Below, piece after piece: positions 25,401 through 37,658 of a DNA stretch of 64,000 bases. The stretch is from NCBI RefSeq assembly GCF_964355755.1, contig NC_092677.1, positions 19,242,101 to 19,306,100 on the forward strand, in the 5' to 3' direction. The stretch is from Antedon mediterranea. Lineage: Eukaryota; Animalia; Echinodermata. Both the position numbers and the translations under genes were made by a program. How positions within the stretch are numbered: the first letter of the stretch is position 1; every line of letters starts with the position of its first letter. The notes under the pieces are model-generated. The model had not been told where the DNA came from. It worked only from the letters and a program-made list of their open reading frames with translations, and searched no databases.

Positions 25401-28400
25401 TACAAAATCGAAGCTAAATGAAATTCTTTCAACAAAAATAAATAAATAGCTGTATTTACTTTGATTCAATTGTAAACTTTTTAGTCATCTTAGAACCTAT
25501 AGAATAACCATTTATACTGTAATTCACATTGCATTGTGAATATTAATCAAGGGTGTACATTAGGAACTGACACAGCGTGTATATGTACGTATATATGTCG
25601 AATATAGAAGGGCAAGAAGATAAATTGCTGAAAATGACTAATAATAGCGACATGCTCAAAATTGGCAAAACGATCGTAGCCTACTTTTTCAAACTCATTT
25701 GCAAACTACAGAAAAATAACCTCGTAGAACCAGTTGGTAGGTTATTAAATCCACGTCCTAAAAAGGGATTCTCCACTTGTCGCAATTTCAAAAGCCAGTT
25801 TGCTCTTCCTATCTAATAAGTGCATTTGTTTTTTCACTGCCCTACCTGTGATTTACGAAATGTATCAGGGATAAGTGTGCGATTAATTAATTAATATTCA
25901 ACGCAATAAGTGAATGACATTAATTAATCAGGTCCTTAACATAGCCTATTGTGTGCGGCTTTTCAAGAAACATTAGTGTTCAAAGTATAAGCATGTTCTT
26001 ATATTCAGTGACTTCGAATGACCAATTTAGTAGTATTAATACAGAATAAATACATTTACATATAGATATTAAAAGGTATGTTATTGCACAAGTATATAAT
26101 AGCAACAGGTTACACTGTCATGTCAATGGACCTTCCCGGAGTCCATTGTTGTAACACTATAACTGTTTACTGGAGATAGCATACAGTGAATTTTTTCATT
26201 TAACAGGGTGAATGAATTAAACTGATAGTTGCCTATCAAATACCTTTCTACTGAATAGGTCCTCTCCATGTTTGCTGTACTTGTCACGGCTTGGGTATTT
26301 CTTGCTCTCTACACAGTCAGAATTTAGATTGTAAATGTTCAGTCCAACAGATGTGACCATTTGGTAAATTCCATTTACCTAAACAGGCAAAAATGTTTAA
26401 AAGATTTACATTTCACAGGTTGTATTTTTGCCAATTTTAATTTGATATACAGTAACTGCTAATTAAAGTGGGGAAGAAATGTGTCATTGTTTGTTTTATT
26501 TTAAATTTGTTTTAAAAATAATATTTAAATTATGCATTTTATGATTTCCCCATTATTATGATGAATACATTTTTATTCCCATTAATAATTGGAGCTGGAT
26601 GTTTTCATACACACACTATTTGCAAACTTCACATAGCATAACGTGGTAAAAAACTACTACAGTATATTGCAATATTACTTACAGTATCTGTACAGTTACT
26701 ATTGGTGTTATTGAAGTAAGAACACTGGTCGTCTTCACAACATTGGTCTTGAAGTAATGTCCACTTGCTAAACACACATGATATAAAAATTATATATGTA
26801 ATATAATAAATTGCTTGTAATAGGCAGACTTCACAATGAGAGATTCAATCTTTCTACATCATCAACAATCTATATTATAATTCACCAAATCTCTTTGCAT
26901 ATGTCTGTCTGTCTGTGTTTATTCAGAGACTAGGGGGTTGCATGGTCTTCAAACTTGGTGGGTGGGTGCAGCTCGGTATAAGAAAGAGCAAGTTTGGTCA
27001 AGGTCAAAATTTTAAAATTGCTCCAATCGAGCTGAAACTTTTTAAAACTTGGTGTGCAGGTGCAGCTCTTTTCTCATGAAGAAATTGCAAATATTAAACC
27101 TGTTGTAAAATCACAAATTTGTATACCAACTTTACAGAATTGTTAAAAGAGCCCAAGACCTAAAAACCTTTTCTTCAGGCAATGTGTCAAACACTTTTTT
27201 ATAAATATATAAAATAGGAGTAATAGTAATTTCTAATAACTGAAAAACAGAATAGTTCCCAGAGGAGCTTGGCCTTCAACTAAGCAAGATCTTGGTTGAC
27301 AATTAGTTCAAGACTTTGTATGATAATGTTATATACATGCTTACTCATTTCCAATCAATCCATGGTAATAAATATATGGAACGATTGAGTCTACATTCTT
27401 CTGTACACTGTTCAATCCATTCCCAGAAGCAATACCCTAAAATATAAAAAGTACTTAAATAATTGCCAAATAATAAGTTTATTAACATATTACATTGAGT
27501 CATTCATTTAGCACTCCTATCATTTGGTTAAACCTGGTTGTTTGGGTGGTGGTTGTTTGGGTGGTGGTTGTTTGGGTGGTGGTTGTTGGGTGGTGTTTGT
27601 TTGGGTGGTGTTTGTTTGGGTGGTGGTTGTTTGGGTGGTGGTTGTTTGGGTGGTGGTTGTTTGGCTGGTGGTTGTTTGGGTGGTGGTTGTTTGGGTGGTG
27701 GTTGCTTGGGTGGTGGTTGCTTGGGTGGTGGTTGCTTGGGTGGTGGTTGCTTGGGTGGTGGTTGTTTGGGTGGTGGTTGTTTGGGTGGTGGTTGTTTGGG
27801 TGGTGGTTGTTTGGGTGGTGGTTGTTTGGGTGGTGGTTGTTTGGCTGGTGGTTGTTTGGCTGGTGGTTGTTTGGCTGGTGGTTGTTTGGCTGGTGGTTGT
27901 TTGGCTGGTGGTTGTTTGGCTGGTGGTTGTTTGGCTGGTGGTTGTTTGGCTGGTCAGTCAGTAAAAATGTACATTAAAATGTTATAATTTGTAATTTGAA
28001 AATATTAATAACCAATTGTTTTTTGTACATACAAAGAACAACTCTACAGTATGTTAATAATAACAACCATGCACAACATAGCAACAAAGACTGTTCACAC
28101 TGACATGTACCTGCATACACATGCTTGAGTGCTCATAGCCCCTTTCTCACAGATGTGCCTGCAATACAGTGCTGGCGTCGTGCCGGTATCGTTACCGGCA
28201 TATACCCATTCTCATCGGACTATCGTGCCGGAAATATAACCGGTATATACCGGCTTTCTGGGTGTGTAGAAAACAACGACCTCGAATTGGACGACCCCAA
28301 CGACCCGGGCGACCTCGAATTGGACGACCTAGAATTGGACGACACGAAACCGACGACCCCTATAGCCTAGCCTAGGCCTAAGTGTGGTATAACATCCCAA

Positions 28401-31400
28401 AGCCGAACATAGCCAAAGATCTTTAAACCATACCTTATATAATACTCGCAAGCAAACAATTGATTGAAAAAATACAGAAATATCGCCATTTGATACTGAA
28501 TGTGTCGACACGAACAAACGAACAGATATGGAACGCCAAGAGTGCATCATTAAAACTGCATTCGACTCGATTAAATACATCTCGTCTTCTTATAACAAAC
28601 AATATAGGCCTACCAAGCAGCGTGTTGTGAACATGTGCATGAGGAGGGCCATAAGAAAGCTTTACATTTCACACATGCATTGTATACGGTCAAACTTTAC
28701 CCGCCGCTGAAAAGGGGGCCGTTTTGACCTGGTTTGCCATGTTTATGATATTTCGTGTGCTAATCGAGTCGAATGCAGTTTTAATGATGCACTCTTGGCG
28801 TTCCATATCTGTTCGTTTGTTCGTGTTGACACATTCAGTATCAAATGGCGATATTTCTGTATTTTTTCAATCAATTGCTTGCTTGCGAGTATTAAGGTAT
28901 GGTTTAAAGATCTTTGGCTATGTTCGGCTTCGGGATGTTATACCACACTTAGGCCTAGGCTATTACCCCTAATAATTAGGGGTCGTCGGTTTCGTGTTAT
29001 GGGTCGTCGGTTTCGTGTTATGGGTCGTCCAATTCTAGGTCGTCCAATTCGAGGTCGCCCGGGTCGTTGGGGTCGTCCAATTCGAGGTCGTCGCTTTCTA
29101 CACACCCCCGGCTTTCTGTGAGAAAGGAGTCGGGCATATTCGGCCAATATAAAGTCTCTGACAAAATAATTATTGAGGGCGTCCTTTATTGTTGTGTTAT
29201 TGTGTTATACCACACTTAGGCCTAGGCTATTACCCCTAATAATTAGGGGTCGTCGGTTTCGTGTTATGGGTCGTCCAATTCGAGGTCGCCCGGGTCGTCC
29301 AATTCGAGGTCGTCGCTTTCTACACACCCCCGGCTTTCTGTGAGAAAGGAGTCGGGCATATTCGGCCAATAAAAAGTCTCTGACAAAATAATTATTGAGG
29401 GCGTCCTTTATTGTTATTATTTTTGTCTAGCGATGATATGGCGGCGAATGTTAAGTTACAGATTATTATCTTCCTTTATAGCATATTTATGCAATACATG
29501 CTATGTACAGTATATTGTGCATATATTATACAGGTATAGCAATTAATTTGCCGTCATCGGCAATCTGTAAAACACCTTAGAAGGCTGTAGGCCTACAATT
29601 TACAAGGCGACGAAAGGTCAGGCACCAACAAAGAGCTATGTTATGGCCTAGCCTAGCGGCCTATAGATTATGCTACAAATCTCTTCTTGTCCCCTTATTT
29701 TAAGCAGCTCTCTTATCTCATTATCCCTCCAGTTCGACATTATTATTGTTAATTGAATTGAATAGGCGCCAAAGTGATACACTTGACCGCGCAAGGTGTC
29801 AAAGCCTCGACGGGGAACCCCGGAATATAACGGCGATACCTTCTCACAGAATGCCCGTCTGGCATTGCGGGGAATATCCCTAGAATATTACTAGGTCTAA
29901 AGCAGGTAATGTCGATCCCGGCATGGTGCCGGCATGATGCCAAGACGACCCGTTCTCACAGAAAACCATACCTGCATGGTAATGGTATATTCCCGCAATA
30001 TTCCTGGCACACAACTCTGTGAGAAAGGGGCTCACTGACATGTACCTGCATACACATGCTTGAGTGCAATGGTTCCTATCAACATACTGTATGAACTAAA
30101 AACAAAACAAGGCTTACTATCTCAATTATGTGTAACTTACTTTCAGATTCATGCCTTCTGCTTCATTAATCATCTTCATTGCTAATAAAGTGACATAAAC
30201 CGAGGCATAACTTTCCCCTACCAGGTACAATGGATTCACCTTAAAACCACTGTACTTTGTGAAGAATGATTGTAAAGCAGCATAATGATCTTCTGTGATC
30301 TATTGAAACAACAGAATTAAAGTTTATTAAACAAAAATTGACAGGGAACCAAAACCCTTAATTTTTAACCTTTAAAAACATTATATTATACTAGAGGGTG
30401 AGCTCGCTCCCCCTCTAGGAAGTGTAGACGATGGTTCTCGGAATGATAAAAATGTTCTCCTTGTACGTTTTCTGTCGGTTACCATCATTGAAAATGCTTG
30501 ACATTCGTAAAACTAAACTACTCTGTGGGCCTGTTTCTGCTGCAACTGCTCAAAATACGGTATAAAATACAGTATTTTTTATACCGTATTTTTTAGTACC
30601 CCGTTTCTGCTAACAATACTTCTTGGGTGGTCGTGTTAAATTTCATCCTTTTTACCCAAATGGTTATTCATTTATTTGGTCAATAATTAAAATTCGCAAT
30701 AAAGGAAGTTCACTTTCAACAGTCTTGCTCTAGTGATGGGGACAAGTAATTCGTTGCCTCCCCGAGTTATTGTCTTTTTGTTGTACTGCTTTCGCAGGCT
30801 CTTCAGCTTTGAGTTTACTTGCTTTGGAGACAATTAGTCATTAATTCCGTACTCCTGCTTTATTTTTTTAGAAATGTCTTTATAAATGTGGTTGTCCCTT
30901 TTATTACTGTACCTTTTAGTTGGCCGGACATTTTAGCTTCCCCACCCCACACAGATTTATATAGTAAATACTGTGACGTCTTTGCTCCACATTTTTGTGT
31001 AAAACAGCTGACAGCGACAGAAAATAAAAACACGCTGTTGACCTCATGTCGCAGGTAAAAAAATACGGTATTTTTTATTGGCAGCAGAAAAGGGTACAAA
31101 AAATACGGTATAAATTTGTAAATACCGTATTTTATCCACAAATTTTGTGGAAAAAATACGGTATACAAAATATGGTATTTTTTTTATGAGCGCAGTTTCT
31201 GCTGCCAAAAAAATATGGTATATAGGCCTATACGGTATTAAAAAAATACCGTATAACATACGGTATTTTCTTGGCAGCAGAAACAGGGCCTGTTTCACAG
31301 TGTTTTAGATGATTAATAACATTTTAAAGTATAGTGTTTATTGTTTGGTAGGGCCCTTTGGGGAGGCGGGGTTCATTTGAGGGAGGTGCTTATTCGAGGG

Positions 31401-34230
31401 ATATATGTTCATTTTTTTAGTTTTAATAATATGGTAACATTTATAATCAAATGAAATCCTCTAATAGATATGAAAAGTGGTAAAAAAGAATAACAAATGC
31501 TTGGTAAATTGTAGATAACAGTGCGATGAATTCTACTACAAATAGTATAATGATTATTATTCAAAGTGATGTTTTATTGGAGAGGCGTTTATTCAAATAA
31601 ATACCATCCTAATAATTATTAATACATTATTTAATTTAAACATCTTTTGAAACTAACTGCCGTGACAGAGTGGGCCCAAGAAAGAAGACATTACAGCTTG
31701 CAACATGGGCAGACATCTCGGTCCTAACGGGACACAGATAGCCTACAGTTATTCCTGCCAGCTTACTCAATCAAATATCGGGATTTCACTCGATTTTAAA
31801 CAAAATGTCTTATCATCAAATCTCCCTATGTACCGTAATTTTATAATACTATTTCCCACAATATATTCAGATTCTTTATGGCGTATATTTAATTTGATCT
31901 TTATTAATTTGCAGAGTAATTTTTATTTTTTAACTACTGTACCTTCACACACGCGCGGTCCGTTCCTAAAATAAACAAAAAACTGAAATGGCTAGTCCTA
32001 TCGGTTTTTTCCTTCCTTCTTCCAAAGGGACACTATTTATTGATGGAAAGTGCCTGTTTCCAGTCACCTTTAGGGTCAAATCTATTATTTTAACTGCTCC
32101 CTTGTGTATAAAAGAGAGAAAATAGTTAAAACCAGGTTGTTGCAAGGTGAACCCGGAAATTACTTTGACCCGCGAAGAATTGAAATTGAGTAGAAAATCT
32201 ACTGTTGAAATCATAAATTTTGTTAAAAAACTCTTTATAAAGATAGAAATATGGAACAATAGCGTCGATGTGAAAACTAATGTTATCAAATCTACGTTTC
32301 GCGGTACATCTGAGATAGATAGGGTAGGTATCCAAGGCGGAGATTTGTACCGAAGTTTTTGCATTGTGCTCGCCTATGTCAGAATTAACCATAATTTATA
32401 ATATAGATTGTGACATTACTCTCAGTTATACCAATTTCATTATTCATTAATTTGTCATCAAATCTGTTGATAAGGATGTTTAGGCTATGGCACTGCAATG
32501 GCACAACATAGCTAGTGCAAGGTATCTCCCAACAGTGCAATCTACAACAGATACTCTTCATTAATTAAAAGAACAACAATGGGTAAAGCTACAGTACCAT
32601 TCTGTATAGATTCACACTAGAATCTCAAGTTTTCTTTTTTGTACAGGGCTAAAATCTGATAATTATTAATTAACTAGCAATTCAATTAAATTACTCTAAT
32701 CTTCAAACATTTATTATAATAAAGGGGTTACTGAGTGTAGATATCATGTACTACAAATGTTAATAATAAAATAATACCTGGTCATCATCAGTCTTGTATT
32801 GTTTATCATCTGAAAATGAATATCCTACACCGGCTGGTGATTCAAGATACAGCACGTTTGCAAACTAGAAAAAGTTAATTCTTATTAGTTCTTACTACTG
32901 ATAAAGATACATTCACAAGCCTGGGTAAAACAAAATAAATGGGAATATAGTATTTAAAGACAGTTGAGTTATAATTAATTCATTATCGGTATATTACCAG
33001 GAGGTTTCAAATTTTTCTATGCCTGATTTCGCCTGTGTTAACCATCAATTTCAGTATTTTTACAGTGCTGAATTGTGTTTATTGTATTATAATATATACA
33101 GAATATGCCTGTATATATGCCTGTATAGCATAGAGAAAATGAATGCTAATTTTGAACATGATGAAGTCATTAAAATAAAGATTTTCTGAAGAAATTTTTC
33201 TAAGCACGTATTAACATTTGTCAAGGAAATTGTAGAAGCAAGATGCGCGTTCTTTTAAACGTGATGAAATATTCTGAAGAGACAAATAATGTTAAATGAA
33301 TGTTAAATTTTAGGAACCATGTTTTTATCATGTCTGCATGCTGTTTGGTTTTTATGGTAAGGCCTTTTAGAAGAAACTAACAGTCAATTGAGGAATGAAT
33401 TCGCGTTTAATAGTTCATACTAAACTTACTGAGTTCCAGCTATATTCATTGTAATCTAGATTAACTCCATCATCATTTACTATAAATGGTCCATTCTCTG
33501 CAAATAGGCTGAATAATGAGCTACATCCTGGTCCACCATACAAAAACACTATGATAGGGTCAGTTATCTTATGTGTTGAAGTTATTAGCCTGCACAAAAA
33601 TTAAAATGAATAGTTAACTTTTAAAATTAAAATTAAATAACATATTTTTCTTGGCACACAAAGATTGCCAAGAGTAAAAGTCACTTTCCTACAGAGATGT
33701 GGGAATTCGGCTCTACTTAAGGTTCTCTACACAAAGTCTCAAAACAAGTCTTTGGGAGTTAAGATCATTTTGTGAGAAAAAATCCTGACATCTAGGAGGA
33801 CTCCACTTTATGCACCTACGGTATATTAAAAAAAATATAGCATATAGACACATTGGCTGGGCCAAAACATCTTAGGATTCTGACTAAAATTTAAAATGTT
33901 TTTCGAGGTCTATAGGAGATATTCTAGTTTTCCAATCAACTGTACCATTACTGTATTATTGGATATTTACATTTAATACCGTTTTTTTAGTTTTTAAAAC
34001 ATTGTTTTATACACAGTGTGTGTAAAGTGTAAATATTATATGAAAAAATCAAAGATTTTGTACCAGTAATGTAATTGTTTTGTTCCAGTTGCTTTGAGGT
34101 AACCTGAATAATGTGGAAAAGCTGGTTGCTTCAGTAAGCCTGGCAAGCTTAGAACCTCATCTGGATTTGTGGCAGCCATGACAACCATGAACAATGCAGA
34201 AAACACACAACATAATCGTACTTGCTTCAT
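22461..34230 (-). CDS. CTSA: Lysosomal protective protein / cathepsin A-like serine carboxypeptidase (S10), 454 aa
   Basis: Exons 34064-34230, 33430-33589, 32778-32864, 30141-30299, 27345-27436, 26683-26767, 26244-26378, 23511-23714, 22795-22986 and 22461-22544. Signal peptide, [29 protein letters not shown], catalytic GESYA (Ser), NGDVD (Asp) and GAGH (His). May be a divergent paralog. Confidence 0.93.
23798..25432 (-). mobile_element. 5'-truncated Penelope-like retroelement with inverted pLTRs, inside a CTSA intron
   Basis: 170-bp inverted repeats at 23798-23967 and 25231-25400 (one mismatch seen), a 32-nt extension on the right copy, and a candidate 12-bp TSD CAAAAATAAATA at 23786-23797 and 25433-25444. 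Confidence 0.93.
23898..25230 (-). CDS. Penelope-type reverse transcriptase (C-terminal part) plus GIY-YIG endonuclease, N-truncated
   Basis: Uninterrupted frame with [33 protein letters not shown] and GVIYEVTC..C...YIGETGR...RINDH; no true start codon, the frame begins at the pLTR junction. Confidence 0.93.
27535..27954. repeat. 15-bp G-rich tandem array GGTGGTTGTTTGG(G/C)T, about 28 copies
   Basis: Read directly; lies about 100 nt from the acceptor of CTSA exon 27345-27436. Confidence 0.97.
28137..30032. mobile_element. Non-autonomous TIR element (PIF/Harbinger-like ends)
   Basis: Perfect 17-bp TIR AGCCCCTTTCTCACAGA / TCTGTGAGAAAGGGGCT, internal TTCTCACAGA subrepeats, and a flanking 35-bp direct duplication. 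Confidence 0.8.
28260..29107. mobile_element. Mutator-like fold-back MITE nested in the 28137-30032 element
   Basis: Inverted arms of about 315-345 bp starting GGGTGTGTAGAAA; 10-bp TSD CCGGCTTTCT at 28250-28259 and 29108-29117. Confidence 0.85.
30527..31290. mobile_element. MITE with TIRs of about 17 bp and AAAATACGGTAT subrepeats (Harbinger-like)
   Basis: GGGCCTGTTTCTGCTGC / GCAGCAGAAACAGGGCC, with TGT on both flanks. Confidence 0.7.
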
Positions 34231-34486
34231 GGTGATCCTGCATGGATATAAATTTGGTGAAAACAATACCAATTGTAATATTACAAATATAGTATTTGAA
34301 ATACACTGCATCTACTAATCTATTTAATGTTAAAGTACAGTAATACACAAATAATAAATGTCAATTTCAATTTCAACTTAACATTTATTTCTTCCTTCAA
34401 GAAAATGAACATAATATATTCAGGTAAAGTATATAACGAGAAGAATAAAGAATGATAAATATTATGATGATTAAAAAGTAATCAAT

Positions 34487-34996
34487 AAAAGGAAGTAGGC
34501 AGTGCCCAATAACAAAAGGAAGTATGCAGTGCCCAATAACAAAAGGAAGTAGGCAGTGCCCAATAACAAAAGGAAGTAGGCAGTAGCCAATAACAAAAGG
34601 AAGTAGGCAGTGGCCAATAACAAAAGGAAGTATGCAGTGGCCAATAACAAAAGGAAGTAGGCAGTGGCCAATAACAAAAGAAAGTAGGCAGTGGCCAATA
34701 ACAAAAGGAAGTAGGCAGTGGCCAATAACAAAAGGAAGTAGGCAGTGGCCAATAACAAAAGGAAGTAGGCAGTGGCCAATAACAAAAGGAAGTAGGCAGT
34801 GGCCAATAACAAAAGGAAGTAGGCAGTGCCAATAACAAAAGGAAGTAGGCAGTGCCAATAACAAAAGGAAGTAGGCAGTGGCCAATAACAAAAGGAAGTA
34901 GGCAGTGGCCAATAACAAAAGGAAGTAGGCAGTGGCCAATAACAAAAGGAAGTAGGCAGTGCCCAATAACAAAAGGAAGTAGACAGTGGCCAATAA
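34487..34996. repeat. 27-bp tandem array AATAACAAAAGGAAGTAGGCAGTGGCC, about 19 copies
   Basis: Read directly; about 260 bp upstream of the CTSA ATG. Confidence 0.97.
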
Positions 34997-35289
34997 GATA
35001 GAAATCTTGTGGCGTTTGAGTGATGGTTAAGTTGAAAATAGAATACAAACATTCAATTTGTTTTAATACTTTTATTTAATATCGTATACATATAAACTGG
35101 TAAAGTACACAAAGGAAAATTTAGTTATCGTTTATTTTATTATTGGTGATAGAAAACGTCACCATTTACATATGTCGAGTTACGAAAAAGCAGTCAGCGC
35201 ATGACACATGCAGCAGCTCGAAGTGTCTTACTCAATATTTGTTACTCTCTACTAGGCCCTATCTAGGCCTAGGGCGAGGCCTTGCTTGT

Positions 35290-35940
35290 ACACCAGCACG
35301 CAAGTTCGCCGCAGCGCAAAGTCGCCTAAACACAAAATCGCCCTTACGTTAAAATAGTTTAAATTCAAAATTCAATTAACGTTTTTTATTTATTTTTTTG
35401 TTGCCAAGTATGGAAAATATCTTACCAGACTAGCTAGACAAAGAAGAGGTAATAGTATTCTCGGTTTTATTTTGGTCTGGTATTTTGTATGGAGCGCCAC
35501 TAGATATGCTGTTTCATATCGGTTGTGTTTGATATTGATCACGCTTTATTTTGGTCTCGCTAAATGTTACAGTATCATTATGAATATGTTTATCTAAATT
35601 ATTTGTGTTTTCAGTTTTATGTTACAGGTTTCAATGAAGTAATGTGCTTTTTGAAAATCATTAAACAAAGTTTCTTGTTTTGTTGCATTTCTAAAAAGAT
35701 TACCACTGATTTGAAGTTTCGAAAATGTTGATAATAATGATTTAAAAATTTGTCACCAGAGCCTGCCTACTTTATTAAATATTTTTAGACAACAATTAGG
35801 ATTCTTTCTATGATCTACAAGTTGATACCAGCTCTTATTTTAGGATAACAATAAATGTATTTATTTTGTGATAGGGCGATTTTGTTTTAGGGCGACTTTG
35901 TATTAGGGCGACTTTGTAATGGGACGACGACTTGACATCC
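35290..35940. mobile_element. MITE (GGGCGACTTTG-subrepeat family)
   Basis: CAAAGTCGCC / AAAATCGCCCC at the left, GGGCGACTTTG repeats at the right; interior homologous to 12320-12560. Confidence 0.6.
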
Positions 35941-37658
35941 TCTAGTTTCACCATACAGATATTATTCTTGGTTTCAATCGGCGAAAACAAATCTCCGCAT
36001 GATTTCTGGCTATTGTCATGGGCCGGCCGCCAGGTATATGGCCGAAATGTGCGACATGTTTTGACTTTTGTGGCGTTTCATGAAATTTGGCGCTCTATAA
36101 TGGAGGAAGGATCTAAATCTCCCTACTCCAATCCAGGAGTTCCTCTACGCATGCCCAGATATATACTACGTCATATGTATCATATTTTACTTGCGGTCAG
36201 GCCATGTAGTATTTACTCGCATATTGCTAATGCTTTTTTATACCGTATATATCGCTTTCCCAAATCATCCCACAGTTATATACAGTAGGCTAATTTACCT
36301 ACAATTCACATGAAATTAAAGTGGATACCAAACATTTGCAGTTTAAAAAGTATTTAATCTGGTTATGTTTATGCTGTAGGGAAAAGATCATCGTAAACGA
36401 ATACTAATCATGCCTACTATTCCAGAATCCACTGTACACAGTCGTATACCTGCCCTGAAGACTGACAAATAAGAAATTTATTATTATTATTAATTAATTT
36501 AATATGATTTTAAAATGAGTTACCAGAGCCACAATTACGAATCTTTCTTCAACCTACGCGTGGATACAGCTCATTTTTTAGGATAATATAATAAATGTAT
36601 AAAAGTGATATAGTAGGCCTTTGTATAGATTGGTTAAAACAAACAGCATTATGTAAGACAATAAGTGTTATAGGCTACCTATTGATCATTTACATTTAGT
36701 GACAAGTTATATGTCTATTGTTATTTAATATTATTATGGTTATGACTTTTCAAAATAAAGTTTTACAATATATGCAGCTATTTTAGTAAAATTAAGACGC
36801 ACATTTTGACCATGGAAAAACCAGTAGTACAGTTATGCATGTTTTAAGCGCGTGCAACACGACTCTTGGTCGGTCGGTAAACACTAACTCAAATTGTATA
36901 TGGCCTTGTTTAAAAGTGGAATCCCCGGTCAGCAGAAACACGTAGCAGCTGTGAGGAAACAGCTGCCAGAAGGCACAGCTCCGATTGGTTTCAGAAATTG
37001 TGATTCGCCTTTTAATCAACAGCACAGTGATCATTTTACTAAGAAATTCATTTCAACCTTTTGGTTTAAAACAATCTAATTATCAAACCTAATAAATATC
37101 CCCATATCGGGTGTTCATTTAATTTTAAATTAAACAAGACTGTAGACAGTGAAGATTTCGAACGCGACTGACATCATTGTAAAATTCGGAGTAATTACGA
37201 GTTTTTCTCGCTGCTGAGCTAGCGCATCGTTTAACTTTTAAGTGATGGGAGCGTTGCCAATCGAGACTACTACTAGACTACACGGCCAGGATTCCCCTTA
37301 TACATGTTCCATGTTAGGCCATGTAAAAAAAAACAACAGTTGATCGTCCTGGTTTTCTAAAAAAAGGAAGGAAGAGGCTCTTTTTATTTTTATTTTTTAT
37401 TTTTCCAAGATGGCGACTCACTACCGTATTTTCTTGAATAAACATGCCGCTATGAATAAAAATCACTCCCACCCCTCGCATACACCCTTCCTGACAATTC
37501 AAATAAATATGGTAAGTACTGTAAGATGTCTAAACAAACATAAGTATACAGAACAGCAAATATTAAAATACACCTTTTTTTTTATTTTATCAGGGGGTCA
37601 CAATAAAAGTCCTTTTTGTACACTTTGACTTTATATCAAACTTCTGGATATTATTAGC

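Noticed and set aside
25460-25496. Possible extra 37-nt CTSA exon
   Set aside because: Has a stop in the phase required by the strong flanking sites; inclusion would need a weak GTAGAA donor and a GAG acceptor. The model is complete without it.
27495-27987. Gly/Cys-, Trp- or Val-rich ORFs
   Set aside because: Translations of the 15-bp array.
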